Shown here: positions 37,299 to 48,083 of the stretch, in pieces | Numbering within the stretch: the stretch's first letter is position 1 | Layout of the letters: each line of letters opens with the position of its first letter | Source of the DNA: an uncultured Marinilabiliales bacterium | GTDB lineage: Bacteria > Bacteroidota > Bacteroidia > Bacteroidales > BM523 | NCBI GenBank assembly: GCA_938004395.1 | Contig: CALKWC010000245.1 | Span: 1 to 50,013, forward strand | Reading direction: 5' to 3' | DNA length: 50,013 nucleotides | Position numbers and translations under genes: made by a program | The notes under the pieces: model-generated | What the model saw: only the letters and a program-made list of their open reading frames with translations | What the model was told of the DNA's origin: nothing | Database searches by the model: none

Positions 37299-40200
37299 TT
37301 ATAATTTACCACCCAGAACAAAGGTTTTTTTGTACTTTTTGATTTCACCTTTTTCATCGAAGAACTCTGCAAAAGCAATGTAAATGCCTAGTTTGCATCT
37401 TTTGTTTGTTTCATCCAATCCATCCCAGTATACCGATCCAGTACCTGTAATGTATTCGTTGTCTGCAATTTTTCTTACCAATCTGCCTTTGCTATCAAAA
37501 ATGTAAATTTTGCCAACATAGGCACCCTCTCCCACATTATAATTAACGTATAACCTGTCTTCAAAGCCATCATTATCTGGTGAAAATACTTTGGGGTCTA
37601 CATAAAATTCTTCATCAGAAGCAGAAAAGTCATCATTATACTGTGAATTTTCATACGTAGGAGTACCCCAGCCTGCACTCTCTGAAGCTGAATTCCAGTT
37701 TCCAAAAGATTGAGTAGCCTCTGTATAGGAAATTCTTTCAAGAGAAACACCATCAAAACTGCTTAAGAACTGAAAATGCATACTTTCACCATAGTACAAC
37801 TCGTCAATAATATTTTCTGCTCTGTCCATTAAAACAATACATGCTGTATCGTCAGCATAAGTAGGAAGATCTGTTTCAAGAAGTGAAGAAGGTTTTTTCA
37901 CATAATATTGAACCTGGATGTCATCAACATCTTCTGTTAATACAACAAAATCACCCGGGAAGAATAGGAAACTTTCGTTGCATATTTTTTCAATATCATC
38001 TAGCAAGTCCGTTTCTATATCACGGTTGGCAATGATAATATCCTGAAGATCGATTGTATAGTTTACTATATTGAATAGTTCCACAAAGTCACTGGAACCA
38101 GAAAGAGGATTTGTTAATACTTCGTTTATGATGAATTCATTACCTAATACGCTATCGGGAATGGCAAAGCGAACAGAGCTTTCATTTACAATAGCATTTC
38201 CTGCACAATCGGTAATACTGTCCAATACAAAAATATTGTAGATTGTATCGGTACCAAAATCACGATCAAAAACCAGAACAATGTCTTTATTTAGTGTATT
38301 ATAAGGGAAAACAGTTGATGGATTACCCATGTTTTGATCAGCATAGTAAGCATTTTTGTTATAAAGTAATTCTGGATGCAGACTTTCCGAGAAATGGAGC
38401 ATAACTGTATCGTTTGAAATATAACCAGCACGAATAATTTCAGGAATGGTATAATCAGCATTTGATCCTTCTACGGAATTAACCATACCTGGCGTTCCTC
38501 CCCGGCTATCATCTGAGGCCTTCCAATTATTTTCACCTTCACATGGATTTGTGATATCCACCATTTCCATAGACCAACCGCCATCTTCTTTATAACGATC
38601 ATGATAAAAATCACTCGAATAACTAACAGTATGAATCAGTTCGTTATTATTGTCAAAGAGCGTAAGATCACTTTCCGAGTATAGAGAGAAGCCATTTAAA
38701 CCAACGGTTTGGCCATAAGATGAAAAAAGTACTTTGTTTAAGTCATTACAAACGATAAGAAATGAATCAGGCTCTAGTGTAACTTCGGAAAAGTATAACT
38801 TTGAACCACCAGACTTTAATTGTAAGTACCAGTCTTCAAGATTAATAGGAAACTCGCTTGTATTTACCAGTTCGATATATTCTTCTGCAGGAAGTTGAAG
38901 TGGTTCGGGGTTCACATCAGTCATAATTTCATCAATGATAATGTCGAACGTTTTCGGATAGTACAGGTAAAAGCTTTTGGTTACCGATGTCAATAGGTTG
39001 CCTTCAAAATCTTCAATATCGGTAATTGTTAAATAGTTTTCTTCGGCAACGGGAAAGTCATCTGCAAAAGTAAGATGAACAATAGAATAATTATCCTGAT
39101 CCCGCTCTACATCAACTAAGGATGTTCCATCAAGAGAATAGTGAGAAAATGATTCAGCCGAAAATAGTTCAACGCCTTCGTTAAAATAAACATTCAGCCT
39201 GTTAGAAGCCACGGGCCTAACTTCTGTTACTTCGGGAGGTAATGAATCTATAATGTAAGGACCGGCATATATGTCATCAAAAAAGAATTTTTCATTGTAT
39301 GATGAACTTAAATGAATACAGGAAGGGCCCAGACAGAAATAGTCAAAAGAATATGTATTGTCTGTTCCTGTGGCAATTTGTGATAGAATATTGTTTCCTG
39401 AATAATCTGCATAAATTTTCCATTCTCCGCCAGCAGATTTCCTTACTTTTATTCGTACTTCCGGACTATTGGCAATCAAGCCATCTGCAGCCCTGCATAC
39501 CGAACTTACAGCGTTTCCATCTTGTCTGAATAACTCAATGGCATCGGTGCTACCCGTTTCACCAAATTGAATAAAATACCCATTAAGGCTGGCTGTAAGA
39601 GTTTGGTTATCAGATATTAGGTAATATCGAACAAAATTATTACTGGATGGATCAAAATCAAGATTAATATAGAATTGCCATTCAAGATCGTAAACAATGG
39701 GATCAATATATGTGGCAAGATAGCTTGTATCCGGATCTTCATCCGGGGGAAATGATTGTAGCCAAAGTCTTGTAGGATCGATAATAAAATCGTTCTCATC
39801 ACCGGTCCAAACAGGATTATTTGTAAAATCGCCATCGGAAAAATTATCAGAAATTGTCTCAGGAAAGACAATAGAGTTGATGTAATAAGATAAACCTGAA
39901 TTCAGACTGGCAGCATTATCTTGTACAGAAATTTTGAAGTACCCTTCGTCATCATATGTAAGATCAGACCAGGTGAATTGTCCGGAAGATAAGTTTTGCG
40001 ATAAACCCGCAGAGGAACTTAAAGAGCCATCTCCATAACCAACAGATAAAGTAACCAGTCCCGAAAAATCTGTATCCAGATTGTTGTTGGCATCTATTGC
40101 TTTTACTGTACAACTGAAAGCTTTATTACTACCTACCAATGAAGGATAGTTATCAATAATTAGCTGCGTAGACGAAACATCAATTGTAAATACAGAAGAT

Positions 40201-41378
40201 AAAACATCAGCAGTAAAATTGCATGATAACTGGCTTCCAGATGAGTTGGCTAAACATCCATGATTTGAAGCCGGAATTTGAAATTGTAAAACGGATCCAT
40301 CTGTTAATTGTTCATTGGAAAGATAAATGGATAAAGTAAATTCTTTATTTGTACCACCAGGAATGTTCATGCTCCCGGATTGAGGGAATATGCTTATTTT
40401 TGAATTGGAAATGGTATAGTTGATATTAAGATCAGAACCGCCGGATTCAGACAGAATTACGCCTGCTATTGCAGATTCCCACAAAGCAGAATTAGATGGA
40501 TTGGCATTTTTGATATTCAGCTCTGTAATTTCGGTTGGTAGTGCATCACTGCTTGCTAAATCTGAAACTGAAAATGAAAAAACATCTACAGCTGTCGCGG
40601 CAGTAGTTGCAGTAGATGGTATGTTATCGCCTGAAACCTGTGTCTGTGGGTCACTAATTTCGGAATCATAATCAATTGAGGTATTATATCCGGTGGATTC
40701 TATCGTTAGATCATCAAACCATAACTTCATATCTGCTGAACTTGTATATTCGTATGAGATAAGAAAATTGTTTCCTGAGTTTATGGAATTATCGGTGATA
40801 CTTCCTTGTAGAATTAGGTTATCAAAACCACCATTGGTATCTGCATATATTTCCCAATAACCTGAAGATGATCTAGTAACTTTAATACCACAAACACCAG
40901 TTGTAGTAATTTCAGTTTGCCAGTTTACGGTTGAAGAAATAATTTCAGTAGCAACTCCATTCTCAACTTTCCATAACGATAATAAATCAGAACTACCAGA
41001 ATAATTAACACCAATAGCATAGCCACTAAGTGTTGATGCGGAGGCGGATAGGGCGTCTTGGTCTGTATACAGGAATACAGCCCAATTGTTTCCTGAGGAG
41101 GGATCATAAGCATGTCGAACCTGAAATTGCCAGGTCGTAATACCGGATTCCAAAAGAATGGGACATAATGAGGTTGAAACATATTCTGTGGCGCCCGAGG
41201 CATTGTCATAACTGTGTTTAAGAGAATATGAACCATCAATTGGATCTACAGTTGATGACTCCCAGCTTCCAGGGTTGCTTTCTGTCCAGCCATCTATTGA
41301 ACCATCTTCAAAGTCATATTGAATTTGTCCAATACAAAGAGCTGGTAAAAGTATAAGTAGAATGAAAAAGAATTTCAT
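37299..41378 (-). CDS. Very large (1359 aa) secreted surface protein with at least two lamin-tail (LTD) domains and a CHU_C / FlgD-Ig-like C-terminal beta-sandwich (probable T9SS cargo)
   Basis: The signal peptide is MKFFFILLILLPALCIGQ. LTD-like blocks are present (IIDEIMTDVNPEP...EEYIELVNTSEFPINLEDWYL and IINEVLTNPLSGSSDFVELFNIVNYTIDLQD). The C-terminus is FSPDNDGFEDRLYVNY...IYIFDSKGRLV...VYWDGLDE...GIYI. Confidence 0.75.
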   Translation of the reverse strand: MKFFFILLILLPALCIGQIQYDFEDGSIDGWTESNPGSWESSTVDPIDGSYSLKHSYDNASGATEYVSTSLCPILLESGITTWQFQVRHAYDPSSGNNWAVFLYTDQDALSASASTLSGYAIGVNYSGSSDLLSLWKVENGVATEIISSTVNWQTEITTTGVCGIKVTRSSSGYWEIYADTNGGFDNLILQGSITDNSINSGNNFLISYEYTSSADMKLWFDDLTIESTGYNTSIDYDSEISDPQTQVSGDNIPSTATTAATAVDVFSFSVSDLASSDALPTEITELNIKNANPSNSALWESAIAGVILSESGGSDLNINYTISNSKISIFPQSGSMNIPGGTNKEFTLSIYLSNEQLTDGSVLQFQIPASNHGCLANSSGSQLSCNFTADVLSSVFTIDVSSTQLIIDNYPSLVGSNKAFSCTVKAIDANNNLDTDFSGLVTLSVGYGDGSLSSSAGLSQNLSSGQFTWSDLTYDDEGYFKISVQDNAASLNSGLSYYINSIVFPETISDNFSDGDFTNNPVWTGDENDFIIDPTRLWLQSFPPDEDPDTSYLATYIDPIVYDLEWQFYINLDFDPSSNNFVRYYLISDNQTLTASLNGYFIQFGETGSTDAIELFRQDGNAVSSVCRAADGLIANSPEVRIKVRKSAGGEWKIYADYSGNNILSQIATGTDNTYSFDYFCLGPSCIHLSSSYNEKFFFDDIYAGPYIIDSLPPEVTEVRPVASNRLNVYFNEGVELFSAESFSHYSLDGTSLVDVERDQDNYSIVHLTFADDFPVAEENYLTITDIEDFEGNLLTSVTKSFYLYYPKTFDIIIDEIMTDVNPEPLQLPAEEYIELVNTSEFPINLEDWYLQLKSGGSKLYFSEVTLEPDSFLIVCNDLNKVLFSSYGQTVGLNGFSLYSESDLTLFDNNNELIHTVSYSSDFYHDRYKEDGGWSMEMVDITNPCEGENNWKASDDSRGGTPGMVNSVEGSNADYTIPEIIRAGYISNDTVMLHFSESLHPELLYNKNAYYADQNMGNPSTVFPYNTLNKDIVLVFDRDFGTDTIYNIFVLDSITDCAGNAIVNESSVRFAIPDSVLGNEFIINEVLTNPLSGSSDFVELFNIVNYTIDLQDIIIANRDIETDLLDDIEKICNESFLFFPGDFVVLTEDVDDIQVQYYVKKPSSLLETDLPTYADDTACIVLMDRAENIIDELYYGESMHFQFLSSFDGVSLERISYTEATQSFGNWNSASESAGWGTPTYENSQYNDDFSASDEEFYVDPKVFSPDNDGFEDRLYVNYNVGEGAYVGKIYIFDSKGRLVRKIADNEYITGTGSVYWDGLDETNKRCKLGIYIAFAEFFDEKGEIKKYKKTFVLGGKL

Positions 41379-41446
41379 ACGGATAGAATTAGCAGTTTAA
41401 TGCGAAAATACGATAAAATGAAGAAAATTGTTTAAACAGATTTAAA

Positions 41447-43117
41447 TTATTCACAGAATTCATGAAAGAATTTGACCGACTGTAAATTTCCTCCTGTAAT
41501 TGCTTTGTTCCATTCGGAGCAGGCATTTAGTGTATCTCCTGTGTAAAAAAGGGCAAATCCAAGGTTATTATGGCTATCCGGAAATGAATTGTTAATCTCA
41601 ATAGATTTATGATAGAGTTCAATGGCTTTCTCAAAATTATTTGAATACGCATAGCTTAATCCAAGATTATTATAAGCTTTATAGTGGTTGTCTTCAATCA
41701 AAATGCATTTATGATAATCTTTCCGGGCTTTTTCAAGATTGCCAATGTTAAAAAAGCTATTTCCCCTATTGAAAATTGATACTGAATCAATAGGATTGAG
41801 CGATATGGCAATATTGCAATCACGAATACATTTTTGATAATCGGGCTTTTTATTTTTGGAAAAACCATAGTAATAGGCTGCTCCACGATTGGTATATCCT
41901 AAATTGTGATCCGGATTGTATTCAATGATATTAGTAAAAAGCGATACACCGTTTTGCCAAATCTTGATGTGTTGAATAGATATTAGAAAAAGGACAATTG
42001 AAATTACGGAAAGTATTGTATTTGCAACAATCTTTTGTTGGATGTATTTATGTAAGAAATATCCTGTAATAATTGACAAACCTATGTATGGAATATATGA
42101 ATATCTGTTGGCTGCGTAGACTCGACCATGGGGAAGAATCTGGAGAAATAGAAAAATAGTTACTGTGTAAATGATAATACCCGAAAGGATGATTTTATTT
42201 TTATAAATTCCGGATTTCCAAATAATTAAAATGAGAATTAAAATGATCGCAGGACTGGAATAGAAAACAAAAGAAAAGCCTTCAGAACTTAATGGGAAAA
42301 GATATGCTGCTGAAAGATTAACCGGTAAAATAAATTTGATAATGTAGAATAAATAACCATTAAAAGGAATCAAAAATTTATGAATTAAACCATAATCATT
42401 CGGATATACGAATAGATTATTTTGAGTGTCAAAAAGCGTAATGGTTAAAATACCAAAAGCGAGGGAAAGAATAAAGAAATGTGATTTCTTAATAATTTGT
42501 TTTAATGAAAAACTCTTTTCTGACACATAGTCAAACACAAGCATTACTACCGGAATCGTAACTGCCGCTGATTTTGATAATAGAGATAATATGAATGCGA
42601 AAAATGAAAGCGAATAGTTTAGTACTTTATTTTTCTTTTTTGACTGAGAATAGAAATAAAGAGAAATAACATAAAAGGTAGCGAACAAAACATCTTTGCG
42701 TTCAGATACCCATGCAACAGATTCAACGTGCATGGGATGAAGTGCAAAAACAATAGTGGATAGAACAACAATCGAATGATTAAAATATCGTTTAAGTGTA
42801 AGAAAAAGAAAAATAACACTTATGATGTGAAAAATGAGATTTGAAAGCTTATACCCAAAAGGATCTGTTCCATAAAGTAAAGAATCAATTTTAAGACTAA
42901 TTATAGTAAGCGGGTGATAAAGGCCAATGTAAGTCTTTGAAAAAGAGTCAATAATGCATTGTAAAAATGATTTGTCAAGCGTAGGATTAGACAAAACCAT
43001 CATATTATCATCCCAATTAACAAACTGGTAATGAAGACCTTTGCTATACAAAAGGGCTGTACCAATAAGGATTAGGAACAGCCAAAAGTAATTTTTATCA
43101 AAAGTAAACCCCTTCAA
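41447..43117 (-). CDS. Polytopic membrane glycosyltransferase-like protein (PMT_2 / GT39-like N-terminal region) with C-terminal TPR repeats
   Basis: It has about 10 TM segments, an early motif QFVNWDDN, and C-terminal TPR units (YTNRGAAYY, IFNRGNSFFNIGNLEKARKDY, AYNNLGLSYAYSNNFEKAIELY). Confidence 0.6.
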   Translation of the reverse strand: MKGFTFDKNYFWLFLILIGTALLYSKGLHYQFVNWDDNMMVLSNPTLDKSFLQCIIDSFSKTYIGLYHPLTIISLKIDSLLYGTDPFGYKLSNLIFHIISVIFLFLTLKRYFNHSIVVLSTIVFALHPMHVESVAWVSERKDVLFATFYVISLYFYSQSKKKNKVLNYSLSFFAFILSLLSKSAAVTIPVVMLVFDYVSEKSFSLKQIIKKSHFFILSLAFGILTITLFDTQNNLFVYPNDYGLIHKFLIPFNGYLFYIIKFILPVNLSAAYLFPLSSEGFSFVFYSSPAIILILILIIWKSGIYKNKIILSGIIIYTVTIFLFLQILPHGRVYAANRYSYIPYIGLSIITGYFLHKYIQQKIVANTILSVISIVLFLISIQHIKIWQNGVSLFTNIIEYNPDHNLGYTNRGAAYYYGFSKNKKPDYQKCIRDCNIAISLNPIDSVSIFNRGNSFFNIGNLEKARKDYHKCILIEDNHYKAYNNLGLSYAYSNNFEKAIELYHKSIEINNSFPDSHNNLGFALFYTGDTLNACSEWNKAITGGNLQSVKFFHEFCE

Positions 43118-43120
43118 GAA

Positions 43121-43648
43121 TTAAAATTTGATAAGAGAAAACAATTCTGACTGGTTTTTTAATCTTTCTGATCCTTTAAGAAAATCCAGTTCAATGATAA
43201 AGCTTGTGTATATTTTCGAAACACCGAATTGTTTTAAAAGTGCAATACTTGCTTCTGCTGTGCCACCAGTTGCCAGCAAATCGTCATGTATTAGTACAAC
43301 ATCATCGCTTGAAAAAGCATCTTTGTGAACTTCGAGCGTATCTGTTCCATATTCCAATTCATAACTTTGAGAAAAAATCTCGCTGGGTAATTTCCCTGGT
43401 TTACGAATCGGAATAAAACCTGCGTTCAGATTATTGGCAATACATCCACCTGCAATAAAACCCCTGGATTCAATTCCTGCTACTTTTGTAATTCCTTTGT
43501 TTGCAAATTTGTTACTTATCGATTCACAAATGAAAGTAAAAATTTCAGGATCTTTTAGTGCTGTTGTTATATCCTTAAATAAGATTCCAGGTTTTGGAAA
43601 ATCGGGTACATCACGAATGGACTGTTTTAATTTTTCAATATTAATCAT
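43121..43648 (-). CDS. apt: Adenine phosphoribosyltransferase
   Basis: DFPKPGILFKDIT...IAGIESRGFI...VVLIHDDLLATGGTA is the PRTase/Apt signature. Confidence 0.9.
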   Translation of the reverse strand: MINIEKLKQSIRDVPDFPKPGILFKDITTALKDPEIFTFICESISNKFANKGITKVAGIESRGFIAGGCIANNLNAGFIPIRKPGKLPSEIFSQSYELEYGTDTLEVHKDAFSSDDVVLIHDDLLATGGTAEASIALLKQFGVSKIYTSFIIELDFLKGSERLKNQSELFSLIKF

Positions 43649-43660
43649 AGGATTATAAGT

Positions 43661-45277
43661 TTAGAGTTTGATAAATTCAAATTTATTGACATCAAAAATT
43701 CCTTTATCGCTAATTTTAATTTCGGGTATAACAAGTAATGATAAAAATGAAAGAGTCATAAATGGAGCGTGTAAAGTAGAGCCCATTTGTTTGGCTTTAT
43801 TATGAACTATTTCATAACGTCTGGCAACATTATGTGCAGAATCGTTTGTCATCAATCCAGCAATTTCTAATCGTAATTCTGAAAATTCACCATCGTATGC
43901 AATTATTCCTCCTTGATTTTGAATGAGCTTGTTAATGGTTAATAAAAGATCATTATCATTGGTGCCAACCGCAATAATGTTGTGAGAATCATGTGCAATA
44001 CTACTTGCTAATGCTCCCCGTTTTAAATTCATGTTTTTTACAAAACCAACAGAAGGAGGCGAATTGTCATATCTGCTGGCAACTACAATTTTCAATACAT
44101 CATTATCAGGATCAGACAATACGTTTCCTGAATCATCTTTGTTAATTTCGATGTCTATTTTTTTTGTGATTAATTCCCCATCCAATATTTCCATAACCGG
44201 AAATGTCTTATTGGAAGTCTTGATTTGCAAATCAGAAAGATTAAGTTCTTCGCGTTCAAAATTATTTATAATAACTTTTTTAGACTTTGGGAAATTAACA
44301 ATACCATTATCACTTACAATTTCGCCATTAATATATGTGGATAGAATATTAAAGTTTTTGGGATTATCAATAATTATAAAATCGGCGCAATCTCCTTTTT
44401 GCAATAAACCCACATTAAGATTGTAATGAATTTTAGGAACTATTGTTGCTGCTTTTAGTGTATTTAAAAAGTCACAACCCAACTCCAGACATCGCTTAAC
44501 AATAATGTTTATGTGACCATTGATAAGATCATCTGGGTGTGAATCGTCTGTGCAAAGCATAATTTTGCCGGGATGTAAATCAATAAGTTTATATAATGCT
44601 TCTAAATTTTTTGCAGCACTGCCTTCTCGTATTTGAACTTTAATTCCTGCATTTAGTTTTGCAGTGGCTTCTTCCATATTTACGCATTCATGATCTGTTG
44701 TAATACCGGCTTCTGCGTATTTTTTCAAATCTGCCCCTTTAAGTCCGGGTGCATGACCATCAATGGGCTTTTTGTACCAAATACCTGCATTTACTTTTTC
44801 CATTACTTCCTTGTCGTTGTAAACAACACCAGGGTAGTTCATCATTTCCGCAAGAAAATGAATTTCATTCGATTTCAACAAGCTTTTTATTACCTCAGCA
44901 TTTAATTCAAAACCGGAGGTTTCAAAAGGTGTAGCGGGCACACATGATGGCGCCCCAAAGAAGAATTTAAAAGGAGATGATTTGCCATTCTCAATCATAT
45001 AGTCAACCCCATAAACACCTAATACATTGGCAATTTCATGAGGGTCGCATACAGCAGCTACTGTGCCATGTTTTACAGCTTCCTTTGAATATTCCAGAGG
45101 TGAAAGCATTGTGCTTTCTATGTGTACATGAGCGTTAATCAAGCCAGGTAAAATGTATTGATCTTCCTGAACCTCCTTTTCGATTATTGAAGTGATCACG
45201 CCATTATGGTAATGAATTTCACCTTTAAAAATACGTGACGAAACTACATCAACAATGTTCCCTTTGATTATATTCAT
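43661..45277 (-). CDS. ade: Adenine deaminase
   Basis: The amidohydrolase metal site is PGLINAHVHIESTMLSP. DGHAPGL and TTDHE are present, and the 538-aa length is typical of Ade. Confidence 0.85.
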   Translation of the reverse strand: MNIIKGNIVDVVSSRIFKGEIHYHNGVITSIIEKEVQEDQYILPGLINAHVHIESTMLSPLEYSKEAVKHGTVAAVCDPHEIANVLGVYGVDYMIENGKSSPFKFFFGAPSCVPATPFETSGFELNAEVIKSLLKSNEIHFLAEMMNYPGVVYNDKEVMEKVNAGIWYKKPIDGHAPGLKGADLKKYAEAGITTDHECVNMEEATAKLNAGIKVQIREGSAAKNLEALYKLIDLHPGKIMLCTDDSHPDDLINGHINIIVKRCLELGCDFLNTLKAATIVPKIHYNLNVGLLQKGDCADFIIIDNPKNFNILSTYINGEIVSDNGIVNFPKSKKVIINNFEREELNLSDLQIKTSNKTFPVMEILDGELITKKIDIEINKDDSGNVLSDPDNDVLKIVVASRYDNSPPSVGFVKNMNLKRGALASSIAHDSHNIIAVGTNDNDLLLTINKLIQNQGGIIAYDGEFSELRLEIAGLMTNDSAHNVARRYEIVHNKAKQMGSTLHAPFMTLSFLSLLVIPEIKISDKGIFDVNKFEFIKL

Positions 45278-45315
45278 AAATATTGTTTTGATGTTCCACG
45301 TGGAACAATTAATTA

Positions 45316-47187
45316 TTATCTTCCAAAGTACACCAATAATACATTGATATCTGCTGGAGAAACGCCAATGATTCTTGATGCTTGCCCAATGGTTTTTGGT
45401 TTTATCTTGGTTAGTTTTTCTCTTGCTTCAAATGAAATGGATTTGAGCTTGCCGTAGTCAAAATTATCCGGAATGGTTATTTCTTCCAATTTATGTATTT
45501 TATCTGCAACGGATTTTTCCTTTTCAATGTATCCAGCATATTTACATTCTATTTCTACAGATGCAAGTATTTCTTCACTCCCTTGAATCGAATCTGTTAA
45601 GGTTTTAAGATCTGGGTCCATTTGTAGAATGTCGGAAATATTTACCTGTGGCCTGAGTAAGATGTTGTAAAGTTTGGTTCCCTGCTTTAATGGGCTTGTT
45701 TTAATTTTATTTAAAACATCATTAGCCACTTTCATGGAAATGCTTTTGTTTTTTATATAGTCAATAAGGTCCTGTGTTTTATTCCTCCTTTGAAGGAATT
45801 TTGTTTTTCTTTCATCGCTGCAAAGACCTGTGTCTATTGTTTTGGGAGTAAGGCGAATATCTGCATTGTCTTGTCTAAGCAAAATTCTATGCTCTGCTCT
45901 TGAAGTGAACATTCTATATGGCTCATCAACGCCTTTGGTTACAAGATCGTCAATTAGTACTCCGATGTAGGCTTCATTTCTGTTCAACAAAAATTCTCCC
46001 CGGTTGTTAATCTTATTGTGTGCATTGATACCTGCAATCATTCCTTGAGCACCTGCTTCTTCATATCCCGTTGTGCCATTGATTTGCCCTGCAAAATACA
46101 AATTACGAATAATTTTTGTTTCAAGTGTATGCTTTAGTTGAGTGGGGTCAAAGAAGTCATACTCAATAGCATAGCCTGGACGAAATATTTTTGCATTTTC
46201 AAAACCTTTGATGGTTCTTATGGCTTTGTATTGAACTTCCCATGGTAGTGAAGACGAAAATCCATTTAGATAATATTCAATAGTAGATTCTCCTTCAGGT
46301 TCAAGAAATAATTGATGAAGCGGTTTGTCTGAGAATGTAACCAGTTTTTGTTCAATGCTTGGACAGTATCTAGGACCAATACTTTGAATTGTGCCGTCGA
46401 ACATTGGAGAGTTTGCAATATTCTGATTGATAATATTATGCGTCTCTTCATTTGTATATGCAATGTAACACTTCCTGTATTGCAGATATTTATTGTGGTC
46501 GGTGACGAATGAAAATTTATAATTCATTTCATCACTTGCTTGTTCTTCCAGTTGATTAAAGTCTATGGTTCTGCCATCCAGTCGGGCAGGAGTTCCTGTT
46601 TTCATTCTGGCGACAGAAAAGCCTAAAGAAGCAACTTGTTCCGATAGGCCTTTTGATTCCGGTTCGCTAATGCGACCTCCCGGTGTTTGAACCTTTCCAA
46701 TGTGCACTAAGCCATTTAAAAATGTGCCGTTGGTTAAAATAACCGATTTGGAATAGAATTTTACTCCAAGATTTGTTTCGACACCAATAACGGAATTATC
46801 TTCAATTAATAGTTTAGTTGCTATATCTTGCCACATTGACAGATTGGAGATTAACTCAAGTTCATTTCTCCATTCTGCACTAAACTTAATGCGATCACAC
46901 TGAGCCCTTGGGCTCCACATAGCCGGGCCTTTAGATTGGTTAAGCATTCGAAAATGTATGGTAGTACGATCGGTTATGATACCTGTATAGCCACCCAATG
47001 CATCTATTTCACGAACAATTTGACCTTTGGCAACTCCGCCAATGGCAGGATTGCATGACATTTGTGCCATTCGTTCCATATCCATTGTAATCAATAAAAC
47101 AGATGAGCCTAAATTTGCAGCTGCAGCCGCAGCTTCACATCCTGCATGCCCTGCTCCTACAACAATAATATCGAATTCAAAAGCCAT
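45316..47187 (-). CDS. mnmG: tRNA uridine 5-carboxymethylaminomethyl modification enzyme MnmG (GidA)
   Basis: The FAD-binding N-terminus is FDIIVVGAGHAGCEAAAAAANLG. MSCNPAIGGVAKGQIVREIDALGG, GPRYCPSIE and FFAGQINGTTGYEEA are also present. Confidence 0.95.
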   Translation of the reverse strand: MAFEFDIIVVGAGHAGCEAAAAAANLGSSVLLITMDMERMAQMSCNPAIGGVAKGQIVREIDALGGYTGIITDRTTIHFRMLNQSKGPAMWSPRAQCDRIKFSAEWRNELELISNLSMWQDIATKLLIEDNSVIGVETNLGVKFYSKSVILTNGTFLNGLVHIGKVQTPGGRISEPESKGLSEQVASLGFSVARMKTGTPARLDGRTIDFNQLEEQASDEMNYKFSFVTDHNKYLQYRKCYIAYTNEETHNIINQNIANSPMFDGTIQSIGPRYCPSIEQKLVTFSDKPLHQLFLEPEGESTIEYYLNGFSSSLPWEVQYKAIRTIKGFENAKIFRPGYAIEYDFFDPTQLKHTLETKIIRNLYFAGQINGTTGYEEAGAQGMIAGINAHNKINNRGEFLLNRNEAYIGVLIDDLVTKGVDEPYRMFTSRAEHRILLRQDNADIRLTPKTIDTGLCSDERKTKFLQRRNKTQDLIDYIKNKSISMKVANDVLNKIKTSPLKQGTKLYNILLRPQVNISDILQMDPDLKTLTDSIQGSEEILASVEIECKYAGYIEKEKSVADKIHKLEEITIPDNFDYGKLKSISFEAREKLTKIKPKTIGQASRIIGVSPADINVLLVYFGR

Positions 47188-47191
47188 GTTA

Positions 47192-47199
47192 CAAAGATA
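47192..47199 (-). promoter_or_regulatory. Candidate -7 box TATCTTTG directly upstream of mnmG
   Basis: The reverse complement of 47192-47199 is TATCTTTG, which matches TAnnTTTG. It ends 4 nt before the mnmG ATG. Confidence 0.3.
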
Positions 47200-47507
47200 G
47201 ATAAAAATTAATCAAGAACTACAGTTGTCAAGTAGTTACAATCTATGCCTTTGTTTGTAAGTTCTTAGCACAATCAACTTTGTCGGCCACTCGAACATAA
47301 CTAGTCCTTGTTAACGAGGGCTGATTTATTTCTGTACTTTCATTTCATCCTCACAGTATCTGCAAGTCCTTTTATGACTGAATAATCTATTGCAGGATTT
47401 AAACTAATCCTGCTTATACATTACAAATGTTAAGCAAAAATTACATCCTCGACAAAGACGAAGACGAGTGAGGGGGAAAGCTATCATATTTTATGGGAGC
47501 GTTTTGG

Positions 47508-47538
47508 GTTGAACAAGTTCAGTATTTCATAGTTTGCT
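47508..47538 (+). repeat. 31-nt direct repeat, copy A (gttgaacaagttcagtatttcatagtttgct)
   Basis: It matches 48053-48083 at 27 of 31 positions. It shares the cag..tagtttg core with the hairpin arm of the downstream composite repeats. Confidence 0.7.
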
Positions 47539-48052
47539 ATATGGTGCAACCCGCCTGTATTTTTCAAAGCTGGAAAAACACAGAAAAACCAGCTTGCCTA
47601 AACCAAAAGTAATCACCCATAACAGCTTCTGACGCTAAAGTACCAGAACTTGTATGCCTTTGGCATCCTTCAAACAGCTGGTACTTTTTAACGCTTACAG
47701 AACCCTATGGGTACCCGATTCTTTTGCTTAGGGCTAATATCGCAATGCAACGCAGACAGATTTTGATGCAAAAGATTGAAATGGTGAGTGGCATTGGTGA
47801 TTTTGCTGGGGCACCTGTAGGTTGAAAAGAAGGTTAATAAAATGCGTTGTTTGAAGTCACATAGTGACAAGGTTAGCATTTTTAGTTCTTTGAAACCATT
47901 ACGGGTCAGAAAAATTACCAGCCACCAGGCATTCTTTGCTTCCTTTCTGTGCCAGGCAGAAAGGAAGGCGGGCAGTTGCACTGTCGAAGTATCAATGCGA
48001 CAAACCATTATCTGCACGCAAACTACTACAAAGTGTAAGTGGTATGTTTCGT

Positions 48053-48083
48053 GTTGAAAAACTACAGTATTTTATAGTTTGCT
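48053..48083 (+). repeat. 31-nt direct repeat, copy B (gttgaaaaactacagtattttatagtttgct)
   Basis: See copy A. The two copies are 545 nt apart and delimit the most GC-rich part of the ORF-free region. Confidence 0.7.
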
